64,000 nucleotides of DNA from Candidatus Magasanikbacteria bacterium GW2011_GWC2_37_14 (GTDB lineage Bacteria > Patescibacteriota > Patescibacteriia > Magasanikbacterales > UBA922). The stretch covers positions 1,757 through 65,756 of the forward strand of contig LBSX01000004.1 of the NCBI GenBank assembly GCA_000990355.1, read 5' to 3'. The translations under genes were made by a program, and so were the position numbers. Numbering within the stretch: the stretch's first letter is position 1; the number at the start of each line of letters is the position of its first letter. Under the pieces are notes generated by a model. That model saw only the letters and a list, made by a program, of their open reading frames with translations, had not been told where the DNA came from and ran no database searches. Of the stretch, positions 27,698-38,535 are shown one piece after another.

Positions 27698-29755
27698 AAT
27701 TCTATGAATAAAATTATTGAAAAAATTGCCAAGTATCTCATCATCGCTTCGTTTTTCGTCCCGCTTATTGTTTTGCCAACCAGCTATATTTTTCCCTTCA
27801 TCGTTCCTAAGATTTTATGGTTTCGGAGTATTAGTTTGTTAATTTTTGCTAGTTATTTATTATTGTTATTTAGCAATTGGCAAAAATTTAAAATTAAATT
27901 TAATTTTTTAAATATTGCTGTTGGTTTGTTTTTTTTAAGTTTTATTGTTTCCACTTTTGTGGGAGTGGATTGGTACAAAAGTTTTTGGGATTCTCACGAA
28001 AGAATGCTGGGTTTGTTTACTTTGTTTCATTATTTACTTTATTACTTGGCTGTTAGCCGTCTCATTAATGGTTGGCCAGAATGGAAAGTGATCTTGCGTT
28101 GGTTTTTGGGTGCTGGGTTAATTGTAATGGTAATTGGCGGCATGCAACAAATTAATCCTGAACTTTTAATTAATCGTGGTGCTCATCGTGTTTCGGCCAC
28201 TCTTGGTAATGCGATATATTTTTCTGGTTATGGTTTGTTTTTATTTTTGCTTGGCTTGCTTTTGGCTATAAAAGAAAAAAAAACAACCCTTCGGCTGGGC
28301 TCAGGACAAGCCTTCTGGTTTTGGTATGCTTGTATAGGTAGTTTGTTTGGTTTTTTGGGAATATTTTGGGGTGGTACTCGTGGTACTACTTTGGGGTTGT
28401 TAGTGTCTTTGGCGGTTATATTTTTTGGTTATGTAATTACTACCAAAGAACACAAAAAATTAAGACAAATGTTATTGTTTTTATCGATATTTTTTATAGT
28501 AGTTTTGGGAATATTGTTTGTTTATCGGAAAAATGAAACCATAAAAAGTATTCCTACACTTGGCAGGTTGTTAAATGCTTCGATTACCGAAGGTAGTGGT
28601 CTTACGCGTTATATGGCTTGGGGGATTGCGGTTGAAGGCTTTAAAGAAAAACCAGTGTTTGGTTGGGGGCCAAATAATTATTATTATGCTTTTAATAAAT
28701 ATTATAACCCAGCGTTTTTAGAACATGGTTGGACTGAAACCTGGTTTGACAATGCTCATAGTGTCATTTTTAATACTTTGGCAGTACAAGGATTTACTGG
28801 TTTGGGTGCCTATCTATTAATGTTTATAGCTGGGGCTTGGATGTTAATTAAGGCTTATAGAAATAAAGGAATAGACCAGCATATTTTAGTATTAAGTATG
28901 GCATTTTTAGCTGGCCATTTTGTGCACAATGCTACAGTATTTGAAAATCCTACGTCATATTTATATTTCTTTTTCTTTTTGGCATTTATAAATTCACAAA
29001 CTGCAGATAACAAACAGCAGATAACAGATAACAAAAAAACATCAGAAATTTCTGTTGGTTTGCTAGTGACAATCGGTCTGATTTTATTGCTCATCATTTA
29101 CTCTACGAATATTAATCCTGGACGGGCAAATAATAATACTCTGCAAACTTTAATGGCTTTTTCTACTGGCAAGGATGTTTTTGGCCCTTATGAAATAGCC
29201 CAAAGTACTCCCACACCTCATATAGATGATATTCGTAGTGATTTTGCTCGTACTGCTATTCAAGCTTTGCCACAAATTTATCAAAGTAAACAAACAGATT
29301 TGGCCAACAAATTAGCTGATTTGGTAATTAATGAATTACAAAAGAATCTAGTTTTACACCCAATGGATATTCGTACTAATCTGGCTTTAAGTCAGGTTTA
29401 TGGTTTACGTGCTCAGGCAGAAAACAATGGGCAGTGGCTTCTAAAAAGTGAACAAATTTTAAATCAAGCTTTAAGTTATTCACCAAAAAGACAACAAGTG
29501 CTTTTTGTATTATCTAGTGTAGAATTAGGTTTGGGCAAAGTGCCTGAAAGTTTAAAATTAATCCAGCAAGCCTTGGATAGTGATAATAAAATTGCCGAAG
29601 GTTGGTGGCGCTTGGCAGTTACTTATGCGCAAATTGGCAACAAAAAAATGGCTATAGAAACCATTAATAAAGCAAAAAGTTTAAATATTGAGCCTACCGA
29701 AGAACAACAAGCTTTACTTGATCAGGTTATGGGTGTAAGTAGCACTCAAAAGTAG
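27692..29755 (+). CDS. O-antigen ligase-like (Wzy_C) polytopic membrane protein with C-terminal TPR repeats
   Basis: About 12 TM helices with a large periplasmic loop (WFDNAHSVIFNTLAVQG), then TPR-like C-terminal region. True start may be the second ATG at 27704. Confidence 0.55.
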   Translation: MTNSMNKIIEKIAKYLIIASFFVPLIVLPTSYIFPFIVPKILWFRSISLLIFASYLLLLFSNWQKFKIKFNFLNIAVGLFFLSFIVSTFVGVDWYKSFWDSHERMLGLFTLFHYLLYYLAVSRLINGWPEWKVILRWFLGAGLIVMVIGGMQQINPELLINRGAHRVSATLGNAIYFSGYGLFLFLLGLLLAIKEKKTTLRLGSGQAFWFWYACIGSLFGFLGIFWGGTRGTTLGLLVSLAVIFFGYVITTKEHKKLRQMLLFLSIFFIVVLGILFVYRKNETIKSIPTLGRLLNASITEGSGLTRYMAWGIAVEGFKEKPVFGWGPNNYYYAFNKYYNPAFLEHGWTETWFDNAHSVIFNTLAVQGFTGLGAYLLMFIAGAWMLIKAYRNKGIDQHILVLSMAFLAGHFVHNATVFENPTSYLYFFFFLAFINSQTADNKQQITDNKKTSEISVGLLVTIGLILLLIIYSTNINPGRANNNTLQTLMAFSTGKDVFGPYEIAQSTPTPHIDDIRSDFARTAIQALPQIYQSKQTDLANKLADLVINELQKNLVLHPMDIRTNLALSQVYGLRAQAENNGQWLLKSEQILNQALSYSPKRQQVLFVLSSVELGLGKVPESLKLIQQALDSDNKIAEGWWRLAVTYAQIGNKKMAIETINKAKSLNIEPTEEQQALLDQVMGVSSTQK

Positions 29756-31160
29756 TGGCAAGCATTTTTTCTAGTGTATAATTTGGTTTAGGGCTTTGTG
29801 TAAATTGTTCTTGCAAATTTTGATTAGAAATAATTTTTACTAAATTTTCTGCTAATAATTCCGAAGAAGCAGGGGAGAGCAACCCTGTTTTTTCATGTTC
29901 TATTAATTCGGGAATTCCACCAACGTTTGTGGCGACAATTGGCAAATTAGCGCTTAAAGCTTCCAAAATAGTATAAGGCAAACCTTCTTTTCTGGAAGGT
30001 AAAACAAAAATATCAAAGGCAGTTAAATATTGGCTAGCGTTTTCTATTGAACCAAGTAGGTGAATGTTGTTAATTTGTAATTTGTTTATTTGTTGTTGTA
30101 ATTTTTCATGTTCTGGCCCTTCGCCAATAATGATAAACTTGGCACTGTCATTGCGAGGAGCCTCAAAAGGCGACGAAGCAATCCCGCCGCTTTCATTACG
30201 AGCCTCGCTCGAGGGAGGCGTGGCAATCCCTTGCTTCATTGGGATTGCTTCGTCAGTCAATGCGAATTGACTTCCTCGCAATGACAATAACTTTACCGCC
30301 TCAATCAAAATATCAATTCCTTTAGTTTTATATAAATTAGCAATCGTACCTACCCAAATGTTACCACTGTCATCCCGACCGAGGCTCGCGACGAGTGGAG
30401 CCTGCCTGCCGGCAGAGGCAGGGGATCTCTTGGTGTTGTGTAAGGGATTCCTCGGTTCCGCTCCGCTACACTCGGAATGACAGACAGACGCTAAAAATCG
30501 TCTCGCCACATCTCTTTCCAAAAACACCGTCTTTTCAATTCCCAATGGTATTTTAACTAATTTGTTTTTTGCAATACCTAAATCCATTCCATCCTGATAA
30601 TCTTTATCCGACAAAACAATAATTTTATCTTTTAATTTAGCAGTAATTTTTTCCAAAAATCTATAAATTGTTTTTCTAAAATTGTTCATTGGCTCATTAA
30701 ACACCCAGCCGTGAACCGTGTACACCAACTTGTCATTGCGAGAAGTCCCGAAGGGCGACGAAGCAATCCCAAGTCTAGCAAGAGACCCAACAATTCCTGC
30801 TTTAGAGCTATTTAAATGTACAACATCTGGCTTTAGTGTTTTATATAGTCTTCTAAGCTCAAAAATAGCTAAAATATCATGCCAAGGACAAATTTTTCTT
30901 ACTAAATGTGAAAGTTGTACTATTGTTATGCTATTTGCCCCTCGGCCTGAGCTCGGGACGAAGGTTATCTGTTTTTTGTTATCTGCCAAAATTTTCTCTT
31001 GTAATTCCTTTTTTCTATTCTTTTCTCCCACAGCCACAAAAACCTGCCAGTCAGTAGGTGTATTAATAGCCAAGTCATATACATATCTCTGCGCTCCACC
31101 CCACTCACCTTGGGTAATTACATAGAGAATTTTCTTTTTTTGTTTATCTTGACTTTCCAT
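29727..31160 (-). CDS. GT4-family glycosyltransferase interrupted in-frame by three palindromic elements
   Basis: GT4 C-terminal motif PSRKEGLPYTILEALSANLPIVATNVGGIPELI. Inserted peptides SLARLGIASSPFGTSRNDK, ...ECSGAEPRNPLHNTKRSPASAGRQAPLVASLGRDDS and ...EAIPMKQGIATPPSSEARNESGGIASSPFEAPRNDS. A single ORF is maintained. Confidence 0.6.
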   Translation of the reverse strand: MESQDKQKKKILYVITQGEWGGAQRYVYDLAINTPTDWQVFVAVGEKNRKKELQEKILADNKKQITFVPSSGRGANSITIVQLSHLVRKICPWHDILAIFELRRLYKTLKPDVVHLNSSKAGIVGSLARLGIASSPFGTSRNDKLVYTVHGWVFNEPMNNFRKTIYRFLEKITAKLKDKIIVLSDKDYQDGMDLGIAKNKLVKIPLGIEKTVFLERDVARRFLASVCHSECSGAEPRNPLHNTKRSPASAGRQAPLVASLGRDDSGNIWVGTIANLYKTKGIDILIEAVKLLSLRGSQFALTDEAIPMKQGIATPPSSEARNESGGIASSPFEAPRNDSAKFIIIGEGPEHEKLQQQINKLQINNIHLLGSIENASQYLTAFDIFVLPSRKEGLPYTILEALSANLPIVATNVGGIPELIEHEKTGLLSPASSELLAENLVKIISNQNLQEQFTQSPKPNYTLEKMLATTFECYLHP

Positions 31161-31215
31161 AGTATTTATAGCATAATATATTTAGACTTTTTTTGCAAGA
31201 ATAAGCGGAAAAAAC

Positions 31216-31329
31216 TGTCATGCCTAACTAGTCTGTCATGCTGAATTTATTTCAGCATCTCTCTTAATATTAAAAAGATCCTGAAACCTTTCGGCGTGAG
31301 CTCAGGTCGAATGCAAGTTCAGGATGACA
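31216..31329. mobile_element. MITE-like element, family 1 (copy F, long variant with duplicated left terminus)
   Basis: TGTCATGCC...TGTCATGCTGAATTTATTTCAGCATC...GATCCTGAAACCTTTCGGCGTGAGCTCAGGTCGAATGCAAGTTCAGGATGACA. Confidence 0.75.
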
Positions 31330-32295
31330 ATTACTATGAACATTCTAATAACCGGTGTGGCAGGTTTTATAGGCTCGCACTTAGCCGAAGCCCTTATTGC
31401 CAATGGGCATCAGATAATTGGCGTAGATAATTTATTTACGGGGAGTTTGGAAAATATTAAGCATTTACAAAATAATGCTAATTTTAAGTTTATTGAACAC
31501 GATATTGTTGAACCTTTGTTTTTAGACCCTTCGGTAAACTCAGGGCAAGCGAAAATTGATCAAATTTACAATCTTGCCTGTCCTGCCTCGCCCATTCATT
31601 ATCAAAACAACGCGGTACATACTATCAAAGCTAATACTTTGGGTGTAATCAATATTTTGGGCTTGGCCCGAAAGTATGGGGCGACAATTTTACAAGCTTC
31701 TACCTCCGAAGTGTATGGCGACCCAGAAATTCACCCTCAAACAGAGGAATATCGTGGCAATGTAAACCCTATTGGTCCGCGAGCTTGTTATGACGAGGGT
31801 AAACGCGTAGCCGAGACTCTTTGTTTTGATTATCACCGCATGCACGGCTTAAAAATCAAAGTGGCCCGGATTTTTAATACTTATGGACCAAAAATGTCTT
31901 TTAATGACGGCCGAGTGGTTTCTAATTTTATTGTCCAAGCTTTACAAAACCAGCCAATTACGATTTATGGTCAAGGTGAGCAAACTCGTAGTTTTTGCTA
32001 TGTAAGTGATTTGGTAGAAGGGCTAATTAAATTAATGAACAGTGGAGAAGAAGTTACCGGGCCAATAAATTTAGGCAATCCTGAAGAATTTACTATTTTA
32101 GAATTAGCTAAAAAAGTTATTAATTTAACCAAAAGTTCTAGCGAATTAGTTTTTAAAGATTTGCCAGTAGATGATCCACAAAAACGTTGTCCTAATATTA
32201 CCAAAGCCAAAGAAATATTAAATTGGCAACCAGAAATTGATTTGGAAGAGGGACTAAAATTAACAATTAGTGAATTTAAAGAAAGATTATGTTAA
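31324..32295 (+). CDS. uxs: UDP-glucuronate decarboxylase (UDP-xylose synthase), SDR family
   Basis: Near-colinear with the UXS family: [78 protein letters not shown]. Likely real start at the second ATG, 31336. Confidence 0.85.
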   Translation: MTITMNILITGVAGFIGSHLAEALIANGHQIIGVDNLFTGSLENIKHLQNNANFKFIEHDIVEPLFLDPSVNSGQAKIDQIYNLACPASPIHYQNNAVHTIKANTLGVINILGLARKYGATILQASTSEVYGDPEIHPQTEEYRGNVNPIGPRACYDEGKRVAETLCFDYHRMHGLKIKVARIFNTYGPKMSFNDGRVVSNFIVQALQNQPITIYGQGEQTRSFCYVSDLVEGLIKLMNSGEEVTGPINLGNPEEFTILELAKKVINLTKSSSELVFKDLPVDDPQKRCPNITKAKEILNWQPEIDLEEGLKLTISEFKERLC

Positions 32296-32296
32296 C

Positions 32297-32354
32297 TGTC
32301 ATCCTGAATTTATTTCAGGATCCCTTGGGATTCTGAAACGAGTTCAGAATGACA
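32297..32354. mobile_element. MITE-like element, family 1 (minimal copy G, CCTGAA/CCTGAA variant)
   Basis: TGTCATCCTGAATTTATTTCAGGATCCCTTGGGATTCTGAAACGAGTTCAGAATGACA. Confidence 0.7.
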
Positions 32355-33128
32355 TTTTGTATTATGAAACAAAAAATTTGTTTTTTAGCAATAGACACCG
32401 AAGAGGACTTTATAAATAGTCAGACTGTTAATAGTTTTGAAGGGGTCAAAAATTTAAAATTAATTAGTCCAATTCTAAAAGAGTTTAAACTTCGGCCAAC
32501 TTTTTTTTGTACGGGTAAAGTCTTAGAAAATTTTGCTAGTTTATTTAAGCAATATCAAAATTTTGGTTGTGAAATTGCTTTACATGGTTTTTATGACCAT
32601 TTAAATATGAAAGAACAAAATCAAAAAGAACGAGAAGAAAAATTATCTAAACATTACAATTTATATCAAAATATTTTTAAGGAAGCACCAGTCGGTTTTC
32701 GCGCGGTGCAAAATACTATTGACGAAGCAGGTTTAAAACTATTAGAAAATAAATTTAAATACGATTCTAGTATAATTTCTTTTTATCCACATTTTAAAAA
32801 ATATATTGGTTATACTGGTAAAACTGCCAGTAAACTTTATCGGCCAGATAATTTAAATATTTTGGAAATTCCCTTAAATCCCTTGTTTGCTGGGGTGCAA
32901 TTGCAAGGTAAATGGCTTAGAGAATTAGGTGTAGTTTTTTATAAATTTTGGTTGAAAATAAAACAACCAGAGTTAATTAGCCTAAGTTTTCATAGTTGGG
33001 ATTTAAATCCAGAACAAAAAAATGGGGGAGAAATTTTTGTTGGTTATTTGCGAAAAATTATTTTACTCTTAAAAGAACAAGGTTATGAGTTTAAGAATGG
33101 CCAAGAAATTTATGGAGAATATAAATAA
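32349..33128 (+). CDS. polysaccharide deacetylase-like protein (CE4-like, tentative)
   Basis: IALHGFYDH His motif and size. Weak assignment. Confidence 0.3.
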   Translation: MTFCIMKQKICFLAIDTEEDFINSQTVNSFEGVKNLKLISPILKEFKLRPTFFCTGKVLENFASLFKQYQNFGCEIALHGFYDHLNMKEQNQKEREEKLSKHYNLYQNIFKEAPVGFRAVQNTIDEAGLKLLENKFKYDSSIISFYPHFKKYIGYTGKTASKLYRPDNLNILEIPLNPLFAGVQLQGKWLRELGVVFYKFWLKIKQPELISLSFHSWDLNPEQKNGGEIFVGYLRKIILLLKEQGYEFKNGQEIYGEYK

Positions 33129-34086
33129 CAATTTAAAAGAAATTACTAATTTGTTAGAATGGCAAAATTTTTTAGACAAAGCTGAACGCCAGCATTGTTT
33201 TTTTTCTGTTGTTTGGGAAAAGCAAGTGGAAAATTATTTTTCTGATTGGCAGTTTAAACATTTTTTATTCAAAGATAATTTTTTAGTTAGTGTTTTGGTG
33301 AATAAAGAAGGTAGAGCAGTGAGTGTGCCTTTTTCAGAAGTAGGTAACATTATTGCTTTAGATTATAGTCAAGAGCTTGATACAAATGATCTAAAAATCG
33401 TTTTAGCAAATATTTTTAACAGTTTTAAATTAACAGTCAACATTTTTTATTGCCCTGTAAAAAACATAGAAGAAACAATGTTGATAGATTATGTTTTGCC
33501 TTTAAACAAATTTAATTCTTTGGAAGAATTAGAAAACAACTATCGCAAAACTACACGTCAAGAAATTGAAAAGTCCAAAGTAGAAATAAAAGTAATGGAA
33601 AACATCAAAGAACTCAAACAAGTTTATAAATTATATTTAAAAAATATTCGGGCAAAAATGAATTTAGTTTTGCCATATAGTTTTTTTGAGTATTGGTTCC
33701 AAAACAAAGAAACTTTTTTGTTATCGCTGATGAACGGTAAAATTGTTGGTTTTTCGCTGTATTTAGAAAATAAAAATCTTACTCATTATTTTTTAAATGC
33801 TTCTAGTCTTGTAGGTAAACAAAGTGGCGCTACGCATGCACTTTTAAGTAGTCAAATTAAAAATAGTTTTAATAAACAAATAAAGTATTTTGAATTTGGC
33901 GGTACTAAAAAAGATTCAAATTTAGAAATATTTAAAAAGGGTTGGGGTGGAGAAGTTTATAATATTTATACTATTAGTAATCAAGAATTTGTAAACATCA
34001 AATCAAAAGGTCGTACTTTATGGAAATTCGTGCCGTTGTGTTTGTTACCGTATCTAAGTAAAATTTTGTGGAAGAGATTTTTATAA
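33085..34086 (+). CDS. FemAB-like / GNAT-fold acyltransferase family protein (tentative)
   Basis: About 330-aa two-lobed architecture common in glycan loci. C-terminal GWGGEVY. Overlaps the upstream gene, so the start is uncertain. Confidence 0.3.
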   Translation: MSLRMAKKFMENINNNLKEITNLLEWQNFLDKAERQHCFFSVVWEKQVENYFSDWQFKHFLFKDNFLVSVLVNKEGRAVSVPFSEVGNIIALDYSQELDTNDLKIVLANIFNSFKLTVNIFYCPVKNIEETMLIDYVLPLNKFNSLEELENNYRKTTRQEIEKSKVEIKVMENIKELKQVYKLYLKNIRAKMNLVLPYSFFEYWFQNKETFLLSLMNGKIVGFSLYLENKNLTHYFLNASSLVGKQSGATHALLSSQIKNSFNKQIKYFEFGGTKKDSNLEIFKKGWGGEVYNIYTISNQEFVNIKSKGRTLWKFVPLCLLPYLSKILWKRFL

Positions 34087-34087
34087 T

Positions 34088-35920
34088 ATGAAAATATTAA
34101 TGCCAGTTTTACATTATCATCCAATTATTGGTGGTTTTGAAATTTTTATAAAAAATATTTGTGATCGGCTTAAAGACAAGGCTGAAATTTTTGTGGTAAC
34201 TGGAAAAGTAAATAATCAGCCAGCTTTTGAGCAAAGTGCAGGTTTAAGAATTTATCGCAACGCTTCGTTGTTTACTTTAAAAGATTATTCTTATAGTTCT
34301 TATTGGTATATTTTTACCATGTTACCAATTTTATTTATTAAATCTTGGTCGTTAATCAAAAAAGAAAAAATTGAATTACTCCATGCCCAAGGTTATTTTA
34401 GTGGAATTATTTGTTTATTACTAAAAAAATTAACTGGCGTGCCTTATCTTATTACTATTCAATCAGCCGATTTTACAGTTTATCATTCCGAAGTAAAAGC
34501 AAATTTTATTGTCCGTTGGCAAGATAAACTAGAAAAAAAGGTTTACCGCGAAGCGAGTATTTGCCATGCTGTAAGTAATGATTTAGTAAAACATTTTGCC
34601 AATCAAGGTCGGACCGACGCGATAATGATTCCGAATGGTGTAGAAACCGACATTTTTAAACCAATTATATGGCAAGAAAAAAATAAAATAAGAAATGAAA
34701 TTGGTATCCGAGAAAAATTTGTAATTAGTTGTGTTTCGCGACTGCAAGAGAAAAATGGTACTCATGATTTAATTTCGGCAATTGCTTTGCTAAAAAAAGA
34801 GGGAATTGCTGTAGAATGCTGGATAATTGGTGACGGTCAAGAACGAGCTAGGCTAGAAAAATTAGTTGGTGAATTAAATATTAAAGATAATATAAAATTT
34901 TTGGGTCAAATTTTACACGAAGATGCAGGAAAATTGGTGGCAGCCACCGATTTGTTTGTGCGTCCTTCTTTGGCTGAAGGCTTTGGTATTGTTTATTTGG
35001 AGGCCTTTGCCTGTGGCGTGCCAGCAATTGGCACTCCGGTTGGAGGAATTCCAGACTTTATTGTTGAAGGGGAGACTGGTTTAATTTGTCAAGTTGCCAA
35101 CCCCAAAGATTTAGCAGAAAAAATAAAATTACTAATAAGTAATGAAGAATTAAGAAATAAAATTATTGCCAATAGTTTTAAATTGATAAAAGAAAAATAC
35201 AGTTGGGACAAGATTGCCGAAAAAATTCATAATCTTTATTTAGAAAATAATCAAAAAAATGATCAAATAAAAAAATGGGTCTCTGAATTTAGAGTTAGAA
35301 ATAATTGGGATTCGGCCAAACAAAGAAAAGTTCAAGAAAAAGAAGCAAAATATATTTATAATTTTTTTAAAAAAATAGCTTTACCAAATAAAAATATTTT
35401 AGAAATTGGCAGTGGCAATGGTTATTTAGGTGCTTATTTAATTGAGTTGTTTTCTAAAAATGAAAAAATAAAGTATACTTTTTCTGATCTTATTCCTGAA
35501 TGTGTGGAATTGTGTAAAAAAAATACTGTATTATTAAAGAATGATAATATATTTTACAAAGTATTAGATGTTTATAACCCGGGAAATATTTCTGGTTATA
35601 ATATAATAATTTCCACGGGCTATGCGTCGGCAGCAACTTACAAAGAAGCAGTGCCAATTTTAGCAAAAAATATCCAAAGTGGGGCATATTTAATTTGTGA
35701 TTTTGTTAATCATTTTTCAATATTTGTTTTTTTTCAGCACCCTTACAATAGATTAAAACAATTTATTAAATATCTACTAAAGAAATCAGACAAGAAAAAT
35801 TATCATTTTGGAAAATTAGGTATAAAAAATTATTTTGGTGTTTATGATTTAAAATTAGTAAAGATAAATAGTTTAAGGTTTAGAAGAAATCCGTTTATAG
35901 CAGTTTTTAAAAAAATATGA
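34088..35920 (+). CDS. GT4 glycosyltransferase fused to C-terminal class I SAM-methyltransferase-like domain
   Basis: GT4 motif EGFGIVYLEAFACGVPAIGTPVGGIPDFI (residues ~290-330). C-terminal motif I LEIGSGNGYLG. Confidence 0.65.
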   Translation: MKILMPVLHYHPIIGGFEIFIKNICDRLKDKAEIFVVTGKVNNQPAFEQSAGLRIYRNASLFTLKDYSYSSYWYIFTMLPILFIKSWSLIKKEKIELLHAQGYFSGIICLLLKKLTGVPYLITIQSADFTVYHSEVKANFIVRWQDKLEKKVYREASICHAVSNDLVKHFANQGRTDAIMIPNGVETDIFKPIIWQEKNKIRNEIGIREKFVISCVSRLQEKNGTHDLISAIALLKKEGIAVECWIIGDGQERARLEKLVGELNIKDNIKFLGQILHEDAGKLVAATDLFVRPSLAEGFGIVYLEAFACGVPAIGTPVGGIPDFIVEGETGLICQVANPKDLAEKIKLLISNEELRNKIIANSFKLIKEKYSWDKIAEKIHNLYLENNQKNDQIKKWVSEFRVRNNWDSAKQRKVQEKEAKYIYNFFKKIALPNKNILEIGSGNGYLGAYLIELFSKNEKIKYTFSDLIPECVELCKKNTVLLKNDNIFYKVLDVYNPGNISGYNIIISTGYASAATYKEAVPILAKNIQSGAYLICDFVNHFSIFVFFQHPYNRLKQFIKYLLKKSDKKNYHFGKLGIKNYFGVYDLKLVKINSLRFRRNPFIAVFKKI

Positions 35921-37110
35921 AAATATTAATTACCACAGGAATTTATCCACCAGACATTGGTGGGCCAGCTCGAATGATAGAAAAAATGGCTGAAGAATTA
36001 AGCAATAACAATTTTAAAATTGAAATTTTGACTTTTGGTGACGAGGGATTGGTGGAAAATGGAAAATACAAAGTTTTTAAAGTTTCTAAGAAAAAATCAA
36101 AAATAAGTCAAAAAATAAAGTATGCTTTTTGGCTTTTTCGTTTGGCAAAAAAAAGTGACTTAATTTATACTTTTGATTTGTATACTGCTGGTTTTTTTTC
36201 TTGGTTAATCGGCAAAATTATTTTAAGAAAAAAATTGGTTGTTCGTTTTGCTGGAGATAGCGCTTGGGAAATAGCTAATAACCGTGGTTATACCAGTGAT
36301 GATATTCTTAATTTTCAAAATAAATTTTATGGGATTTACATTGCAGTTATAAAAAAATTTAGAAATTTGATTTTGCGAGGCGCCGATAAAGTTGTTTGTG
36401 TAAGTGAATTTATGGGTGATTTGGCAGAAAAAATTGGAGTAGCAAAAAATAAAATTGAGGTTATATATAATTCTGTGGAGTTTTTAGATTTTTCTAATAA
36501 ATCTAAAAATAATTTAATATCAGAATTAGATTTGCCTACAGAATCAAAAATAATTGTTACTGCCGGACGTTTGGTTCCTTGGAAAGGCGTCGCTGGTTTG
36601 ATAAAATCATTAAAAATTATTAAAAATACTCCAATTGGAAAAAATTTAAAATTATTAGTAATTGGAGATGGTCCGGAATTAGAAAATTTAAAAAAATTAG
36701 CTGGAGAAGAAGGAGTGTTGGAATCGGTTCATTTTACAGGTTTAATTTCCTTAAATAAGGTAATTGAGTATTATAAATTAGCTGATGTTTTTGTTTTAAA
36801 TTCTAATTATGAAGGATTATCGCATACTTTGTTGGAAGTTTTAAGTTTAGGGATACCGGTAGTGGCTAGTAATGTTGGTGGTAATCCCGAACTGGTTGAG
36901 AATAACAAAAATGGTGTTCTGATTTCCTACAATGATCTCTCGGCAATATCCTCGGCAATTGTGAGAATTTTGACCGAAGAAAAATGGAAAAGTGACGAAT
37001 ATAAAAAAGAGTGTGCTAAGATTTTAGAAAAATTTACTTGGAAAAATAATATTGAAAAAACCATTAATCTTTTAAAAAATATTTACCATGAGCAAAGTAC
37101 TTTTAATTAA
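35917..37110 (+). CDS. GT4 glycosyltransferase
   Basis: EGLSHTLLEVLSLGIPVVASNVGGNPELV. Confidence 0.7.
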   Translation: MKILITTGIYPPDIGGPARMIEKMAEELSNNNFKIEILTFGDEGLVENGKYKVFKVSKKKSKISQKIKYAFWLFRLAKKSDLIYTFDLYTAGFFSWLIGKIILRKKLVVRFAGDSAWEIANNRGYTSDDILNFQNKFYGIYIAVIKKFRNLILRGADKVVCVSEFMGDLAEKIGVAKNKIEVIYNSVEFLDFSNKSKNNLISELDLPTESKIIVTAGRLVPWKGVAGLIKSLKIIKNTPIGKNLKLLVIGDGPELENLKKLAGEEGVLESVHFTGLISLNKVIEYYKLADVFVLNSNYEGLSHTLLEVLSLGIPVVASNVGGNPELVENNKNGVLISYNDLSAISSAIVRILTEEKWKSDEYKKECAKILEKFTWKNNIEKTINLLKNIYHEQSTFN

Positions 37111-38533
37111 TCCACCATTTAATATTGCCAAAGAAAACTACGACAGTTCATTATCTGTTGGTCTTTTGAGTATTGCTTCATATTTGGATAGCAAAGGAAT
37201 AGATGTAAAAATAGTTGATGGTGTTAGAGAAGCAGACTACCGAGAAAAAATAATCAAAGAAGCTAAAAATTGTAGTTATGCGGGAATTTCGTTAATGACT
37301 ACCCAGCTTTCCGAAGCTTTAAAAATTTCTCAGTTAATTAAAACCACTAATAAAAATTGTCAGATTGTTTGGGGCGGTCCACATCCTACTTTTTTTATGG
37401 AACAATGCGCCCTATCACCATTGGTAGACGTAGTTTGTGTGGGGGAGGGTGAGGAATCTTTTTACGAAGTAGTTAGCGGTCAGGAATTATCTCAAATTCG
37501 GGGAATTTTATTTAGAAAAGAAGATAAGTTGAGAGGTAATCCTAATCGCCCTTTGCACAATCCAGCCCAAATGCCCTTGTTTAATTGGGATTTAATTGAT
37601 AACCAAGTTCTCAAAGAATTATCTTTTATTCCTTCTTTAACTTCGCGTGGTTGTCCGCATATTTGTACTTTTTGTATCAATGCTATTTTAAAATTAAGTT
37701 GGCGGCCAAGAACAGCGGAACAGGTAATTGAGGATTTAAAAATAATAAAAAGTAAAGAATATTTTAAAGATAAAAAATTGCGGTTTTGGGATGAAAATTT
37801 TTTTGTTAACATCGAGAGAGCCAAAAAAATTATTAATGGCATGTTAGAAAATAATTTAATTTTTCCTTGGGAAACAACCGTGCGTGCCAACTATCTTAAA
37901 GAGGGCATGGTTGATGATGAATTTTTAGAAAAATTAAAACAATCTGGTTGTTATCTTTTGGCCTTTGGTGCCGAATCCGGCTGTCCTAGGATTTTGAAAA
38001 AAATAAAAAAGAATATCAATCCTGAGGACATAATTAATTCTGCCAAAATGTGTCTTAAACATGGGATTATTCCCCAGTATTCTTTTATGATCGGTTTGCC
38101 TGGAGAAGAAAAGCACGAGATGATGGAGACTTTAAAAGTTATTGACCAGCTTTTAAAATTAAGTGATAAAGTAGAGATTTTGGGGCCCCAAGCATTTCGT
38201 CCTTATCCTGGTTCAGAATTGTATGACGAATGTGTGGCCGCTGGTTGGCGGGCGCCACAAACTTTGGATGAATGGGTTCATTTGGTTGAAAATGAATTAA
38301 ATTATTTAACCGTACAGAATTTCCCTTGGGTAAAAGAAAAAGATTTTGTGGAATCAATGGAAGCTTATGTGCGTTTTGGTGCTCATACTGTTAAAAATGC
38401 CATGGCTTCTAGTATCAAGGCTCCTAAACTTCTAAAATTAGGTTTTGTTTTACTCTGTAAATTACGTTGGAAATTAAAGTTTTTTTATTTTCCAATTGAA
38501 TTTAAAATAGCTAAAAAGTTTGTCACCAAATAA
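37088..38533 (+). CDS. B12-binding domain radical SAM enzyme (class B)
   Basis: N-terminal cobalamin-binding-like Rossmann region. CxxxCxxC cluster motif SRGCPHICTFC. Confidence 0.7.
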   Translation: MSKVLLINPPFNIAKENYDSSLSVGLLSIASYLDSKGIDVKIVDGVREADYREKIIKEAKNCSYAGISLMTTQLSEALKISQLIKTTNKNCQIVWGGPHPTFFMEQCALSPLVDVVCVGEGEESFYEVVSGQELSQIRGILFRKEDKLRGNPNRPLHNPAQMPLFNWDLIDNQVLKELSFIPSLTSRGCPHICTFCINAILKLSWRPRTAEQVIEDLKIIKSKEYFKDKKLRFWDENFFVNIERAKKIINGMLENNLIFPWETTVRANYLKEGMVDDEFLEKLKQSGCYLLAFGAESGCPRILKKIKKNINPEDIINSAKMCLKHGIIPQYSFMIGLPGEEKHEMMETLKVIDQLLKLSDKVEILGPQAFRPYPGSELYDECVAAGWRAPQTLDEWVHLVENELNYLTVQNFPWVKEKDFVESMEAYVRFGAHTVKNAMASSIKAPKLLKLGFVLLCKLRWKLKFFYFPIEFKIAKKFVTK

Positions 38534-38535
38534 CT

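Noticed and set aside
33085-33128. 44-nt overlap between 32349-33128 and 33085-34086 as a possible frameshift or fusion.
   Set aside because: More simply explained by a later true start of the downstream gene. There is no slippery site.
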